This document shows positions 16,001 through 23,663 of a stretch of 25,557 bases of DNA, in pieces. This stretch comes from Candidatus Hydrogenedentota bacterium (GTDB taxonomy: Bacteria > Hydrogenedentota > Hydrogenedentia > Hydrogenedentales > SLHB01). The stretch lies in NCBI GenBank assembly GCA_045863295.1, contig BTWA01000055.1, forward strand, positions 1 to 25,557, written 5' to 3'. The translations under genes were made by a program, and so were the position numbers. Numbering within the stretch: the first letter of the stretch is position 1; each line of letters starts with the position of its first letter. The notes beneath the pieces were generated by a model that made no database searches, was not told the DNA's origin, and saw only the letters and a list, made by a program, of their open reading frames with translations.

Positions 16001-16710
16001 AACTGCGATTGGTTGCGACTACAGCACCGATGTGGGAGTTGCGGATACAGGCCACAAGAACACTGGTACGTTGCAGTATTTGGCACGACCCTTTGTTCGT
16101 ACTGGATGCGCTCGAATTGTGCTATGACGCGAAGTCCAAGGAGTCTCATAATCTTCTTATCGAACCCCCTACATGGCAGCTTGACGATCACGTTCCAATT
16201 GGCTATTGGGCAGCCCGCGATATTCATATTCTTTGCCGACGCATAGAGTGCTCGGGAGATCGAGCTCAAATTCATCGGCTTGCAAGTCTTTGTTTTCGTG
16301 AGAAGCTGCCAATGGAAGCAATTATCGAGTGCATACCATTCCTTAGATCTAACGGGATTGAAATTGGAGCTAAACTCACGGAAAGTCTTATAGAGAATGC
16401 AATGTGGTTTGAAACAGGAGGGTACATATTCTCGGAACCCTTCCTGAGCGCCATCAGATCGGTCGCGACCGAACATTTCGACGAGATCTTCATGAAGTCG
16501 CTAACTCGTCAATGTAATGATACGCCCGATGCCCGCAGGGTACCTCAGAATGCCGTTTTGCAAGAACTCCTGGTGTTCCGAGGCTGTCGATTCATCGACA
16601 AGCTCAAGGGCGCTCCGTCCGGGCTCGCCGTAGTACCACTTAACGAGACGGACGCTATTCTTACAAAACTTCGTTCGCTCCTAGCGCATGCTCAATTCTC
16701 TCCTCGGTAG
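13024..16710 (+). CDS. NACHT/STAND NTPase (NLR-like) with unknown N-terminal domain and helical-repeat C-terminus
   Basis: Walker A IYGPSGSGKS, Walker B YMLDGYSD, VIVTSR, NMFYL and FTNELYRDFFAA (NACHT winged-helix motif), followed by a long alpha-helical region. GTG start 6 nt after AGGAGG; ATG 13036 is an alternative. Confidence 0.85.
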   Translation: MNSIMQKIAFVLDLGSQPKELVKNVSLAFADGQWTPPFECTKGKNREYWRRFFLLVYRYISLGIDIDGSGERLLPLPLIHKDQHDYDEWRLLAKYWLDKKYGVRKHLKKTPELRNLQLAVSEIFLASGAPNAPRVLFASDCKLEVVLCPSSKIELWPGHISGASPLGSNFFERNGIDFSAGLTRPLTTAADQLLRFERAQMTSVKHKTQSLNPYMSALLSQGMSRRIPLYLRKVEVTRSSTTEDAVHSHEPLEAINAVVTAIERGQCFLIYGPSGSGKSCFLKSISRKLFEMPGTKQKYAVVVELGAYAPSLHKTFEDLVFDSLQREIERTGDRLTSAEAKELKNWLNSSDSRTNDTVYMLDGYSDVPFESRYGPGRFEDIAARFLRTVTGSVIVTSRGLQYPQCLTPLTYRLAEPEPNALIKYVRGKLENNLVARRVRQLFKDPQFFHLATNMFYLDFIIELAQHEPEWQEFAHSRSSIIGKIVRFALEELVFGNPAQLSPVSPSLPDVEWLLSKLAYTSLQEPDGQLFYPESLSDMFPDVETRTSALQIAMKAGFIEHFDLDLPSLSERRIRFTNELYRDFFAARHVIRQIQQKPSTISNQIVRLIEFHRCDEPLYLLAEMLGQDRHAFGIARAIATYDCVAAAAFAARGNLIDPDLLCSIVAGTARLHETWANQARTPPFFDLTTRHLNQNIVTLLSRYDTETLFESYVLSADHDWLRCHVLAALGRQGARVSDVLRERSFTQEPRDVFPLLLGLSDAGAIDEVRLAARLFRECFESRRRYLAHEERIGKSYRLPEYYDEEYYAAFAHHSRNVFARWHSPMPPETVFELLKSEQDLRTRALLFGLLERSKFEEQHIEELLKLAYTELGIHCAKPLRAIARIGGDKCWNALTKFAADWFQRNGLAQILGEVDPNLRTIIDAMVAAHSRTKAWDTLRQLLFMESEMESFTCDDDVRFRSEWNRMLVLLMSRNISVYRMEELFCFDSDLDEEKLRLVATTAPMWELRIQATRTLVRCSIWHDPLFVLDALELCYDAKSKESHNLLIEPPTWQLDDHVPIGYWAARDIHILCRRIECSGDRAQIHRLASLCFREKLPMEAIIECIPFLRSNGIEIGAKLTESLIENAMWFETGGYIFSEPFLSAIRSVATEHFDEIFMKSLTRQCNDTPDARRVPQNAVLQELLVFRGCRFIDKLKGAPSGLAVVPLNETDAILTKLRSLLAHAQFSPR

Positions 16711-16792
16711 CTTCAGTACGATTAGTCAATGGGAATACTGGTCTGAGGCCGAAACTCCGCCGGTCGTCGGGAAGATCCCGACACCCGGGTCG

Positions 16793-16833
16793 AAAAAGAG
16801 AGACATTCTCCTGGGGGAGATGCCTCTCTTTCG
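16793..16833 (-). terminator. Rho-independent terminator, possibly bidirectional
   Basis: Minus strand reads AAAGAGAGGCATCTCCCCCAGGAGAATGTCTCTCTTTTT: an imperfect hairpin plus U-run just after the stop at 16840, between convergent genes. Confidence 0.7.
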
Positions 16834-16839
16834 CCCGCG

Positions 16840-18231
16840 TCAGGTGACGCGGAGGAGGGCGCCGGTGAAGGCGACCTTGCCGTCGAGGAGGGCCAGGGCC
16901 AGTTCTTCGGGCGTGTACGTGGGGTTTTCGTGGCTGGGTTCGAGGAGCACGCCGCCGCGGAGGTGGCGCAGCGCGTACATGGCCAGGACGAGATTCCTCA
17001 GGTAGCGGAGTTCCTCCAGCACGGGGAGTTCGGCCGTGGCCGAAGGGCTGGCCGCGATTCGCATAAAGCGGTTATGCTGGAAGTAGTCATCCAGCGTAGG
17101 CTTTTTCTCGGCGTACTTGTCCGCGGCGAGTTTGGCCAGTTTCGACAACAAGTTGTCCTTGTTGCCAGTCATCGAGACGCCATACTCGCGCAACAGTTCA
17201 CGGAGCATTTCGCCTGTGCACTTGCTCGTTGCGAATCGCCCGATGTGGAAGGCGCGGACCCGCGAGGGTCCGACCTCTACGGCCGCGGTGGGCTCGTAGT
17301 GCCTCGACGTGTAGTTCAAGGCAGGGAAGGACACCGTGCCGCCCTCCTGTTCGAGGATGTCTCCCAACCGTTCCACCGTAGTGCGGAACACCAGTCTTCC
17401 ATCGTCAGTAGACCATCTTCTGGAAAACTCCTCCGCGGCAGGTCGCTTCGACGCACTTCCGCCCAGGTCGGGACGGAAGGCCAAGGCGTGCCCGGAGCGC
17501 GTGATGTGCCACTGCACATGGGTGCCGCTGATGTGCGGCTTCTCCGACTTCATGATGACCGCGAGACTCATCGCGCGTATCTCCAGCGTCAGGCGCAGCC
17601 GTCCCTGGCCGTCCGTGAATTGCGCAAGCACCGACGCTGCGCGGAAGTTTTGCGTAGGGATGGCCTCGTTGATGAGCAGCTTGTCGTGCCGCTCGAAATC
17701 ATCGAGCGTCAGGACGTTGCCGAGGTTGTACGTGTCCACGTCGTCATAACTGGACAACTTTATCGACTTGTCTTTTGACTTTAGGAACTGACGCAGCGAC
17801 TGGAAGCCGCAGTGCGCTCGTTCCGCCAGGGCTTTCGCGACGGAATGATCCCATCGGTTGCGGAGGCGTTCCTTGGCGATATCCAGGAGTTCCATGTACG
17901 ACAGGTCCTCCACGAAGTACATGTCCTCCTGCACGGCCTTGAGTGTTCGCTGGAACCGGCAACGGTCACCGTAGACGTATCCGCCGTCTGCGATGACATC
18001 ATAACTGAGTCCCATCGGCGTCAATGCCGCGACTTTCGCTTCCTCGGCGTTCAGGCGCTGCAAGAGACCATCGAGGAGCGATGGGTGCTTGTCATGGCCC
18101 TGCCAAGGGTGGATTCCCTGCAGCAGTACATTCGCCACGGGAACGTCAACCAATTGCCAGTGAAGGCGCTTGAACCGTGGGATCTCCCGGTCCGGTTCGA
18201 GCCAAAACTGAATCGTCTGCAAGGTACTCAT
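16840..18231 (-). CDS. Hypothetical protein, 463 aa, with C-terminal SAP/HeH-like DNA-binding motif
   Basis: Start moved to ATG 18231 (ATGA overlap with the AAA+ gene, RBS AGGAGG). TGEMLRELLREYGVSMTGNKDNLLSKL fits the SAP consensus. Confidence 0.75.
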   Translation of the reverse strand: MSTLQTIQFWLEPDREIPRFKRLHWQLVDVPVANVLLQGIHPWQGHDKHPSLLDGLLQRLNAEEAKVAALTPMGLSYDVIADGGYVYGDRCRFQRTLKAVQEDMYFVEDLSYMELLDIAKERLRNRWDHSVAKALAERAHCGFQSLRQFLKSKDKSIKLSSYDDVDTYNLGNVLTLDDFERHDKLLINEAIPTQNFRAASVLAQFTDGQGRLRLTLEIRAMSLAVIMKSEKPHISGTHVQWHITRSGHALAFRPDLGGSASKRPAAEEFSRRWSTDDGRLVFRTTVERLGDILEQEGGTVSFPALNYTSRHYEPTAAVEVGPSRVRAFHIGRFATSKCTGEMLRELLREYGVSMTGNKDNLLSKLAKLAADKYAEKKPTLDDYFQHNRFMRIAASPSATAELPVLEELRYLRNLVLAMYALRHLRGGVLLEPSHENPTYTPEELALALLDGKVAFTGALLRVT

Positions 18232-19715
18232 GCGGCTCTTCCTCCTTTCGTGTTCTTGCCGCCCGCGAGTAGCCGTTCGAATGTGTCGAGGTCGTCCCCG
18301 ATTGCTTTTGCGGTCTCGCGGATGGTTCTGGGGTTGACATTGCGGGACGCGACCAGCTTGCTCACCCGCTGATACGCAATGAGCTTTGCGAGGTCCGTAT
18401 CCCGGTCGAGCAGATGCTCGACTTCCTCGATGTACTCGATGGCGTCGCCTTCGAGCCTTGGGACGCATGCCGTACTGAGCGTGTCCGGGGAGACTTTTCC
18501 GCACAGCGATGCCAACAGTTCCTGCGGTACCGTGCCAGGCCGGCGTGCCTCGACTTGCAGGGCGGTGTAGGCTAGGAGCGAGATGTCCCGCTCATCTCCC
18601 ATCAAGTCCGTCCAGGCCTTGGAGAGCGCGAGTTCTCCAAGGTCGTGGTTCAGCAGCAGCTCCGCTTTGCGTACGAGGTCGGGAGTCGTGAACAACTCAT
18701 AGATCAGATTGACCACGCCCAGTTCTGCTTCCGGCTCGAAGTACTGACTCAAGAGGTCGAAGCAGACTTCCATTTTGTGCACCGCCTCCTCGCGGTGGAG
18801 CGATGCGTCATTGAGACCGACCGGAATGCTGGACTGAACGACGTAGCGTGCCGACCGAACAAAGTCCGGGATCGCGGCGCCGAAAGCCTCGGCCTTTGCC
18901 AGTTCGATGGCGCGGTTGGCGAGGAGGTTCCGGTAGATGAACCCGAGCCTGCGTCCGTCGAGCGCGACTTCGCCCTTACTTTCCCGCATGAGCAGGTCGG
19001 CGAACTTGGCGAGAAACTCTGCGAGAGATGGCAACTGCTCCTTGAGCTGGAGGAAATGCGCTCCGGCCAAAGTCAGCATATGACGCATTGTCTCGCCGGT
19101 CTCGTTCACATCATGCAGCGGTACCGTGCCGGCCGTGACACCGCCGGTCCATTCCACAAGACTCGGCGCGTCGTCGCCGTTAATGTGCGTTGCCACACGG
19201 ATACGGTCATCTTCTTCCATCTGCAACACGTCGGGCGGATAAAGAAAGACGGCAAACCGTCCGATCAGCGCGTCGTCCAGCGCCTGCGTCGCGCTGTAAC
19301 TGAGCGGGTTCATGGCGCTCCACACCCACTTTACGCGGGTGGTGAAGCCCATGATCTTGCGGCTACGGATGATTTCAAGCCACTTGGACTGGAGTTCCGG
19401 TACCGCGCGGTTGAGCTCGTCGATGAGCACAAGTTCCTTGTCCCAAATCGTAACGGGACTCTGAACGTACTCGACGACGCCTTCCTTGAGCTTCTCGACG
19501 TTGGGGTATCCCAGCACGTCCTCGAACATGGCTTTCGAAGCGTCGTAAACCAGGAAGGAACGGCCCAGTGCCTGGGCCACCTTGTTGGCGACATGGGTCT
19601 TGGCGCTCCCGTGATTGCCAATGAGCAACAGCGGGTCGCCGGTAAGAAGGGAAGCGAGTAACAGATTCTCGTCGGCTTCCTTCCAACCAAAGATACCGAG
19701 TTTAGACAAAATCAT
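18228..19715 (-). CDS. MoxR/RavA-type AAA+ ATPase
   Basis: Walker A LIGNHGSAKT, Walker B LIDELNRA, LQSKWLE, SAMNP, ALIGRF. Start at ATG 19715 after AAAGGAG. Confidence 0.9.
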   Translation of the reverse strand: MILSKLGIFGWKEADENLLLASLLTGDPLLLIGNHGSAKTHVANKVAQALGRSFLVYDASKAMFEDVLGYPNVEKLKEGVVEYVQSPVTIWDKELVLIDELNRAVPELQSKWLEIIRSRKIMGFTTRVKWVWSAMNPLSYSATQALDDALIGRFAVFLYPPDVLQMEEDDRIRVATHINGDDAPSLVEWTGGVTAGTVPLHDVNETGETMRHMLTLAGAHFLQLKEQLPSLAEFLAKFADLLMRESKGEVALDGRRLGFIYRNLLANRAIELAKAEAFGAAIPDFVRSARYVVQSSIPVGLNDASLHREEAVHKMEVCFDLLSQYFEPEAELGVVNLIYELFTTPDLVRKAELLLNHDLGELALSKAWTDLMGDERDISLLAYTALQVEARRPGTVPQELLASLCGKVSPDTLSTACVPRLEGDAIEYIEEVEHLLDRDTDLAKLIAYQRVSKLVASRNVNPRTIRETAKAIGDDLDTFERLLAGGKNTKGGRAA

Positions 19716-19756
19716 GATTCTTCTCCTTTTCTTGAACTGAGCTGAGGTGGACAAGA

Positions 19757-19782
19757 GCGACGTCCCAACCGAGGGACGTCGC
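19757..19782. repeat. Inverted repeat (hairpin) upstream of the AAA+ gene
   Basis: GCGACGTCCC-6 nt-GGGACGTCGC, perfect 10-bp stem. Confidence 0.75.
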
Positions 19783-19974
19783 GTACTGCGCAGGCCTGAC
19801 TTACCCAACGCTCCGCCCAAAAAACAGTCGGAACGTCATGTGTCAGCGATGAGCAACTGAAACGGCGCTGACGAACGCACCGCTCAATAACGTGGAAGGC
19901 CTAGCTACGGGCTGCCGAGCCACGACTGTTGCAGACGCAGGTGGCGGGACGGAGAATAGGGAAAGGGTCGCGAT

Positions 19975-20598
19975 ATGGAGAGTACAGCAGGTAACGGTTC
20001 ACGCTCAGGGGCAGTCAGCGAACGCATTCTGGCACGCGAGTGCCATTACATCGAACACTTTGGTCCGATAACCCAACCCGTCGCCCATTCTACCGACGAA
20101 CAACCGGTTCACGTGGACATCTACGAGTTCGAGCCGACCCAGGACCGCCGCCAATGGACGTTCGTCACAAGCGGCATGAGCGACCTGCGTCAGCGCGTTC
20201 CCAATGAGCTTCTGCATGTCCTTGCACCGCGGTCCGAGATCGTCCTGTATGCTCCCGGACCTCGACCGTGGATTCCTCCCCTGCTCCAGCGTTTGGCCGA
20301 GTACCCATCCAAGAGCGGTACGTGGTTGCACTGGTACCACACTTGGACGGCGGATGCTCCGCTGATGCCAGAGCATCCCGAGTTCACGGGTTACGTCTTT
20401 CTTCCGCCCCGCCTTGAGGACCCGTCCATCAACAACCTTCACGTTGAGGGTGACCGGGTGGACTTTCTCTGGATGCTTCCTATCACCATAGCGGAAAGGG
20501 ATTTCGCCGCAGGACACGGAGCCGAACATCTCGAGTGGCTCCTGATGCACCGCGGCGTGGATCTTACCGCCGGGGAATTTCGTCCGCCGGTTGTTTAG
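19975..20598 (+). CDS. Suppressor-of-fused (SUFU) domain protein, putative toxin-immunity protein
   Basis: HVDIYEF, WTFVTSGMSD, RSEIVL, LAEYP, WYHT and VDFLWMLPITIAE are typical of bacterial SUFU-like proteins. Confidence 0.85.
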   Translation: MESTAGNGSRSGAVSERILARECHYIEHFGPITQPVAHSTDEQPVHVDIYEFEPTQDRRQWTFVTSGMSDLRQRVPNELLHVLAPRSEIVLYAPGPRPWIPPLLQRLAEYPSKSGTWLHWYHTWTADAPLMPEHPEFTGYVFLPPRLEDPSINNLHVEGDRVDFLWMLPITIAERDFAAGHGAEHLEWLLMHRGVDLTAGEFRPPVV

Positions 20599-20825
20599 GG
20601 CTTAGCAACTCCGATTGATACGCGCTGCTGCCATGGTTCGAGTCCTGTGCTAAACACGAGGAACTCTGTTCCATTACCAGACTTGGCTTCGCGCGCGTCC
20701 TCATCGTCGATGCCGTTTTCTTTCAGCCAGGCGCGCTCGGCGTTCCGAGCGTCCGCCTCGCGGCGGAAAACCCGTGCGGCCGAGACGATGCCTTGGTATG
20801 TTTCGACGGTTACGTACACGTTCAT
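20595..20825 (-). CDS. Small hypothetical protein, paralog of the C-terminal half of 20919-21293
   Basis: RBS AGGAGGT. GIVSAARVFRREADARNAERAWL matches GIVRGVEAFRTAESATKAEREWL. Confidence 0.75.
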   Translation of the reverse strand: MNVYVTVETYQGIVSAARVFRREADARNAERAWLKENGIDDEDAREAKSGNGTEFLVFSTGLEPWQQRVSIGVAKP

Positions 20826-20861
20826 GCTTCGTCACCTCCTCTTCTTGGTCTTGATACAGTT

Positions 20862-20897
20862 GCGGGGAGACATCCCGACTGAGTGATGTCTCCCCGC
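20862..20897. repeat. Intergenic inverted repeat (hairpin)
   Basis: GCGGGGAGACATC-10 nt-GATGTCTCCCCGC, perfect 13-bp stem. Confidence 0.8.
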
Positions 20898-20918
20898 CCA
20901 TCTCAGCGATTGCGATGG

Positions 20919-21293
20919 TCAGTCCTGGAGTTCGCACTCCCAGACCGAAGCGCCCGTTCCCCAATCGGAACGATGTTCGCGCTCGTTGTCGTCGTGTATT
21001 TCGGCGGCGCGCAGCCATTCGCGCTCCGCCTTTGTCGCCGATTCCGCGGTACGGAAGGCCTCGACTCCGCGCACAATGCCGTCCTCCATGGGAACGAGCA
21101 CGTGTATGCGGCCCACTTCCGAAGAGCCCTCTGGGTAGCCGAGATCAACCTCGTGGATTCGGCCGCTCTTATCCCGGACTTCGAAGTGCGTCGCCCACGA
21201 TGCCGGGTTGCGATGAATCGCGAGCGCCTGGCGCGCGGCCTCCTCGGGGGAGTCCGCATCCAGGTCAATGTTCCAAGTGACTCTGTACTCCAT
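20919..21293 (-). CDS. Small two-domain hypothetical protein
   Basis: RBS GAGGAGG. N-terminal YRVTWNIDLDADSPEEAARQA resembles the 'A-x-S-P-E-E-A' small domains of mobile elements. Confidence 0.8.
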   Translation of the reverse strand: MEYRVTWNIDLDADSPEEAARQALAIHRNPASWATHFEVRDKSGRIHEVDLGYPEGSSEVGRIHVLVPMEDGIVRGVEAFRTAESATKAEREWLRAAEIHDDNEREHRSDWGTGASVWECELQD

Positions 21294-21305
21294 CTTCGCG
21301 CCTCC

Positions 21306-22616
21306 TCAATGGACAATGTCTTCCAACTGCACCACATCGCCCAAGGGTTGGAATTCCGGACAGTCCTGCTTGCCACCGAATAGCACCGTCATCGTGCGGA
21401 CCTTCCTGCGTCGCAGCTCTTCGAGTTGTTCGGGTTTCAGACCGGCGTATCCATCGGTGAGCACGACGGCCTTGTCGAGTCCACGCTCGATGATGCTGTT
21501 GGCAATGCAATTAAAGTCCGTGCCGTAGGTAGTCTTGACCGCTCCCTGCAGCAAGGTATGGAAAGGAATTTCGACGACGATGTTGCTGAAGAGAAACACC
21601 GACGTCAGTTCCGTTCGGAGACTTTGCAGCACTCCGATGATTCCTGGCAGATGCTCGTTCACGCTTCCGGAAACATCCAGGTAGACGGCGAGCCCTTGCT
21701 TGTGGCTGGTGACGCCGGTCGTGCGGTTGCGGTAGTGGAACGGCGTGATACCCGCCGAGAGCAGAACCAGGTCGCGTTTGGACGGGTGAATCGGAATCGG
21801 CGATACGCACACCCGGGAATGGCGTGTGGTCTGCCTGAAGTTGTCCATCTTTTGCCGCGTTGCAAACTTCTGGAGCAAGGCCTTCTTAATAGACAAATGC
21901 GTTTTCAGGGCATCCACGAACATATCGAGCAGATTCTGGCTGTAGCCAGCGTTCGGACCCAGGTTGCGTTTCACGGCTTTCTTCAAGTCTTCCGCGATTC
22001 GGCCGAGATCCTCGGCTGACAAGCCTTCCACTCCCGAATCAGGTCCTAGCTTGGTATTGGTGCCTGTGGCATGGCTGCCGAGCAGCGTTATGGCGGCCGC
22101 CTCCGACGTGGGCGTCAGCACTTTCAAGGTCTGAATGACCTCGCCCGTGCTGAGCCACTGTCCGGACCTTCGTCCATAGCAGTAGAACACGTCGTACAGC
22201 ACGTCGTAGCGGCTGTCCCGCATCAGACTCATGGGCCGCAAGAGACCAGGAAGCCCATGAGGCTCGTAGAACTTCTTGAATAGACTCCCTTCGCCGGACG
22301 CGCGGGCGAACAACTGGCTGATACTCGCGTTGATCACCATGTCCGCGGCCAGATTTTCCAATTCTCCCGGTCCATGGACGAAATGGCCGAACATGGGATG
22401 CATCAGTTCGTGCATGACAAGACAGAAAAGGTCTTCCTCGCTCGTCACGTACCGACTGACGAATGCCGGCCCGTATCTCAGGTGTCCGTCGGCGGTGATG
22501 CATGCCGTTGGACATTCCGGGGATTCCTCGACGCGCTTGATGAACGAGCCGGCAAAGCTTTCCCGCCCGAGCGCGTTTCTGAGCACGTTTCGAACGGTCT
22601 CCAGAGTGATTCTCAT
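21306..22616 (-). CDS. DUF2201-like metallopeptidase fused to a VWA domain (likely MoxR partner)
   Basis: HELMH (HExxH), NLAADMVIN, MIDAS DVSGS, GTDF, VLTDGY. Start moved to ATG 22616 after GGGAGG. Confidence 0.9.
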   Translation of the reverse strand: MRITLETVRNVLRNALGRESFAGSFIKRVEESPECPTACITADGHLRYGPAFVSRYVTSEEDLFCLVMHELMHPMFGHFVHGPGELENLAADMVINASISQLFARASGEGSLFKKFYEPHGLPGLLRPMSLMRDSRYDVLYDVFYCYGRRSGQWLSTGEVIQTLKVLTPTSEAAAITLLGSHATGTNTKLGPDSGVEGLSAEDLGRIAEDLKKAVKRNLGPNAGYSQNLLDMFVDALKTHLSIKKALLQKFATRQKMDNFRQTTRHSRVCVSPIPIHPSKRDLVLLSAGITPFHYRNRTTGVTSHKQGLAVYLDVSGSVNEHLPGIIGVLQSLRTELTSVFLFSNIVVEIPFHTLLQGAVKTTYGTDFNCIANSIIERGLDKAVVLTDGYAGLKPEQLEELRRRKVRTMTVLFGGKQDCPEFQPLGDVVQLEDIVH

Positions 22617-22635
22617 TGTTGATTTCCTCCCATGC

Positions 22636-22673
22636 GGCGCCCCGAAGGCCGTGGGTAGTACCTTCGGGGCGTC
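22636..22673. repeat. Intergenic inverted repeat (hairpin)
   Basis: GGCGCCCCGAAGG-12 nt-CCTTCGGGGCGTC, 13-bp stem with one mismatch. Confidence 0.75.
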
Positions 22674-22690
22674 TTGGGTTCGGTTGAGGT

Positions 22691-23293
22691 TTAATGGACA
22701 CGAAAGACGACGTTTCCCTTGCCCGCGCGGAAGCAATAGCGGCACTCGAAGCAGGACTTCGCCCTGCCGCTCTGATGAAGGCAGGGAACGCCTTCGGCTC
22801 GCGGGTCGATATCGAGGTAGGCGACACGCCATCCTTTTGGCGGATCTGGCATTCCCGGATCGACCGACGCGAACAGGTGAACGTTAGGCAGTGCCCGGAA
22901 CTGTTCGAGCACTGGTAGTAGCGATGGCTCGGTCCAAGACCGGGTATAGGCCCAAAACTGCGTGGCAGGCCGTCTAGTTGCGATCTTGCGCCACGCCAGG
23001 ATGTAGGCCCGGCTGTAGAAGTCGCCGCTCACATGGATGCGCAGCACCGGGAGCTCTCGGGGCATGCGCCGTAGCATTTCGCGAACGAAGCGCCGGCTGT
23101 CCCACGACAAGACGAGGTTGCGCGAGTAGGCCAGCCGGCAGTCCGGCCGCATGCGTTCGAAGCGGGCCGCGTAACAGTGTTGCAAGCACCACTTGCTGGC
23201 GCCGGGACAACTGAAACGCGACGGTAGACTGAAGGTGAGTATCGGACCCACCTTGATGTTGCCTCTGCCGAGGCTGGGTAAGATGCTCTGCAT
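22691..23293 (-). CDS. GP88-family (phage gene product 88-like) Cys-rich protein
   Basis: GNIKVG, FSLP, CPGASKWCLQHCYA, RIHVSGDFY, YTRSW, CFECRYCF. Confidence 0.8.
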   Translation of the reverse strand: MQSILPSLGRGNIKVGPILTFSLPSRFSCPGASKWCLQHCYAARFERMRPDCRLAYSRNLVLSWDSRRFVREMLRRMPRELPVLRIHVSGDFYSRAYILAWRKIATRRPATQFWAYTRSWTEPSLLPVLEQFRALPNVHLFASVDPGMPDPPKGWRVAYLDIDPRAEGVPCLHQSGRAKSCFECRYCFRAGKGNVVFRVH

Positions 23294-23313
23294 GGGTTTT
23301 CCTTTCCAAATGG

Positions 23314-23354
23314 AAAGGGCGGAGCTGCCTATGAAAAGACAGACTCCGCCCTTT
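23314..23354. repeat. Intergenic hairpin (terminator-like or RNA-stabilising)
   Basis: AAAGGGCGGAG...CTCCGCCCTTT 11-bp arms with an imperfect inner extension, about 20 nt upstream of the GP88 start. Confidence 0.75.
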
Positions 23355-23405
23355 GGTTTGGGTTATTGGATTGACGTTCGGGTCAGCTTGGTGAAGAGAT
23401 GCGGA

Positions 23406-23663
23406 TCAGTCGGCTGACGCTGTAGCGCATTGTTCCTGGTGCTCTTCGATGTCTTCTTCGAAGAGCGCCTGAGCCCGATTCAGTTCCGCGGTCCAGTCGT
23501 GACCGTATGCGTGGCACCAGTGGTGCAGCGCGTTGAGGAGCGAGATTACATACCCCTCCTCGTCCGATTCCGGGTCATAGCCGGCGGGTGCGTAGCCGTC
23601 CGACTTGGCGCGAGTCAGAATGGCTTCGCGGGCGATGTCAAGCATCGTTTCGCGCGTGGTCAT
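23406..23663 (-). CDS. Small hypothetical protein, 85 aa
   Basis: ATGA overlap with the upstream gene; RBS GGAGG. Confidence 0.75.
   Translation of the reverse strand: MTTRETMLDIAREAILTRAKSDGYAPAGYDPESDEEGYVISLLNALHHWCHAYGHDWTAELNRAQALFEEDIEEHQEQCATASAD

Noticed and set aside
16930..19661. Plus-strand ORFs 16930-17778, 17812-18372 and 18645-19661
   Set aside because: Antisense shadows of the SAP-motif and MoxR genes in GC-rich DNA.
19803..19935. Possible integron attC site next to the SUFU gene (ACCCAAC plus GTCAGCG/CGCTGAC inverted repeat)
   Set aside because: No complementary GTTRRRY end box at a matching position, no second site after SUFU, and no integrase in view.
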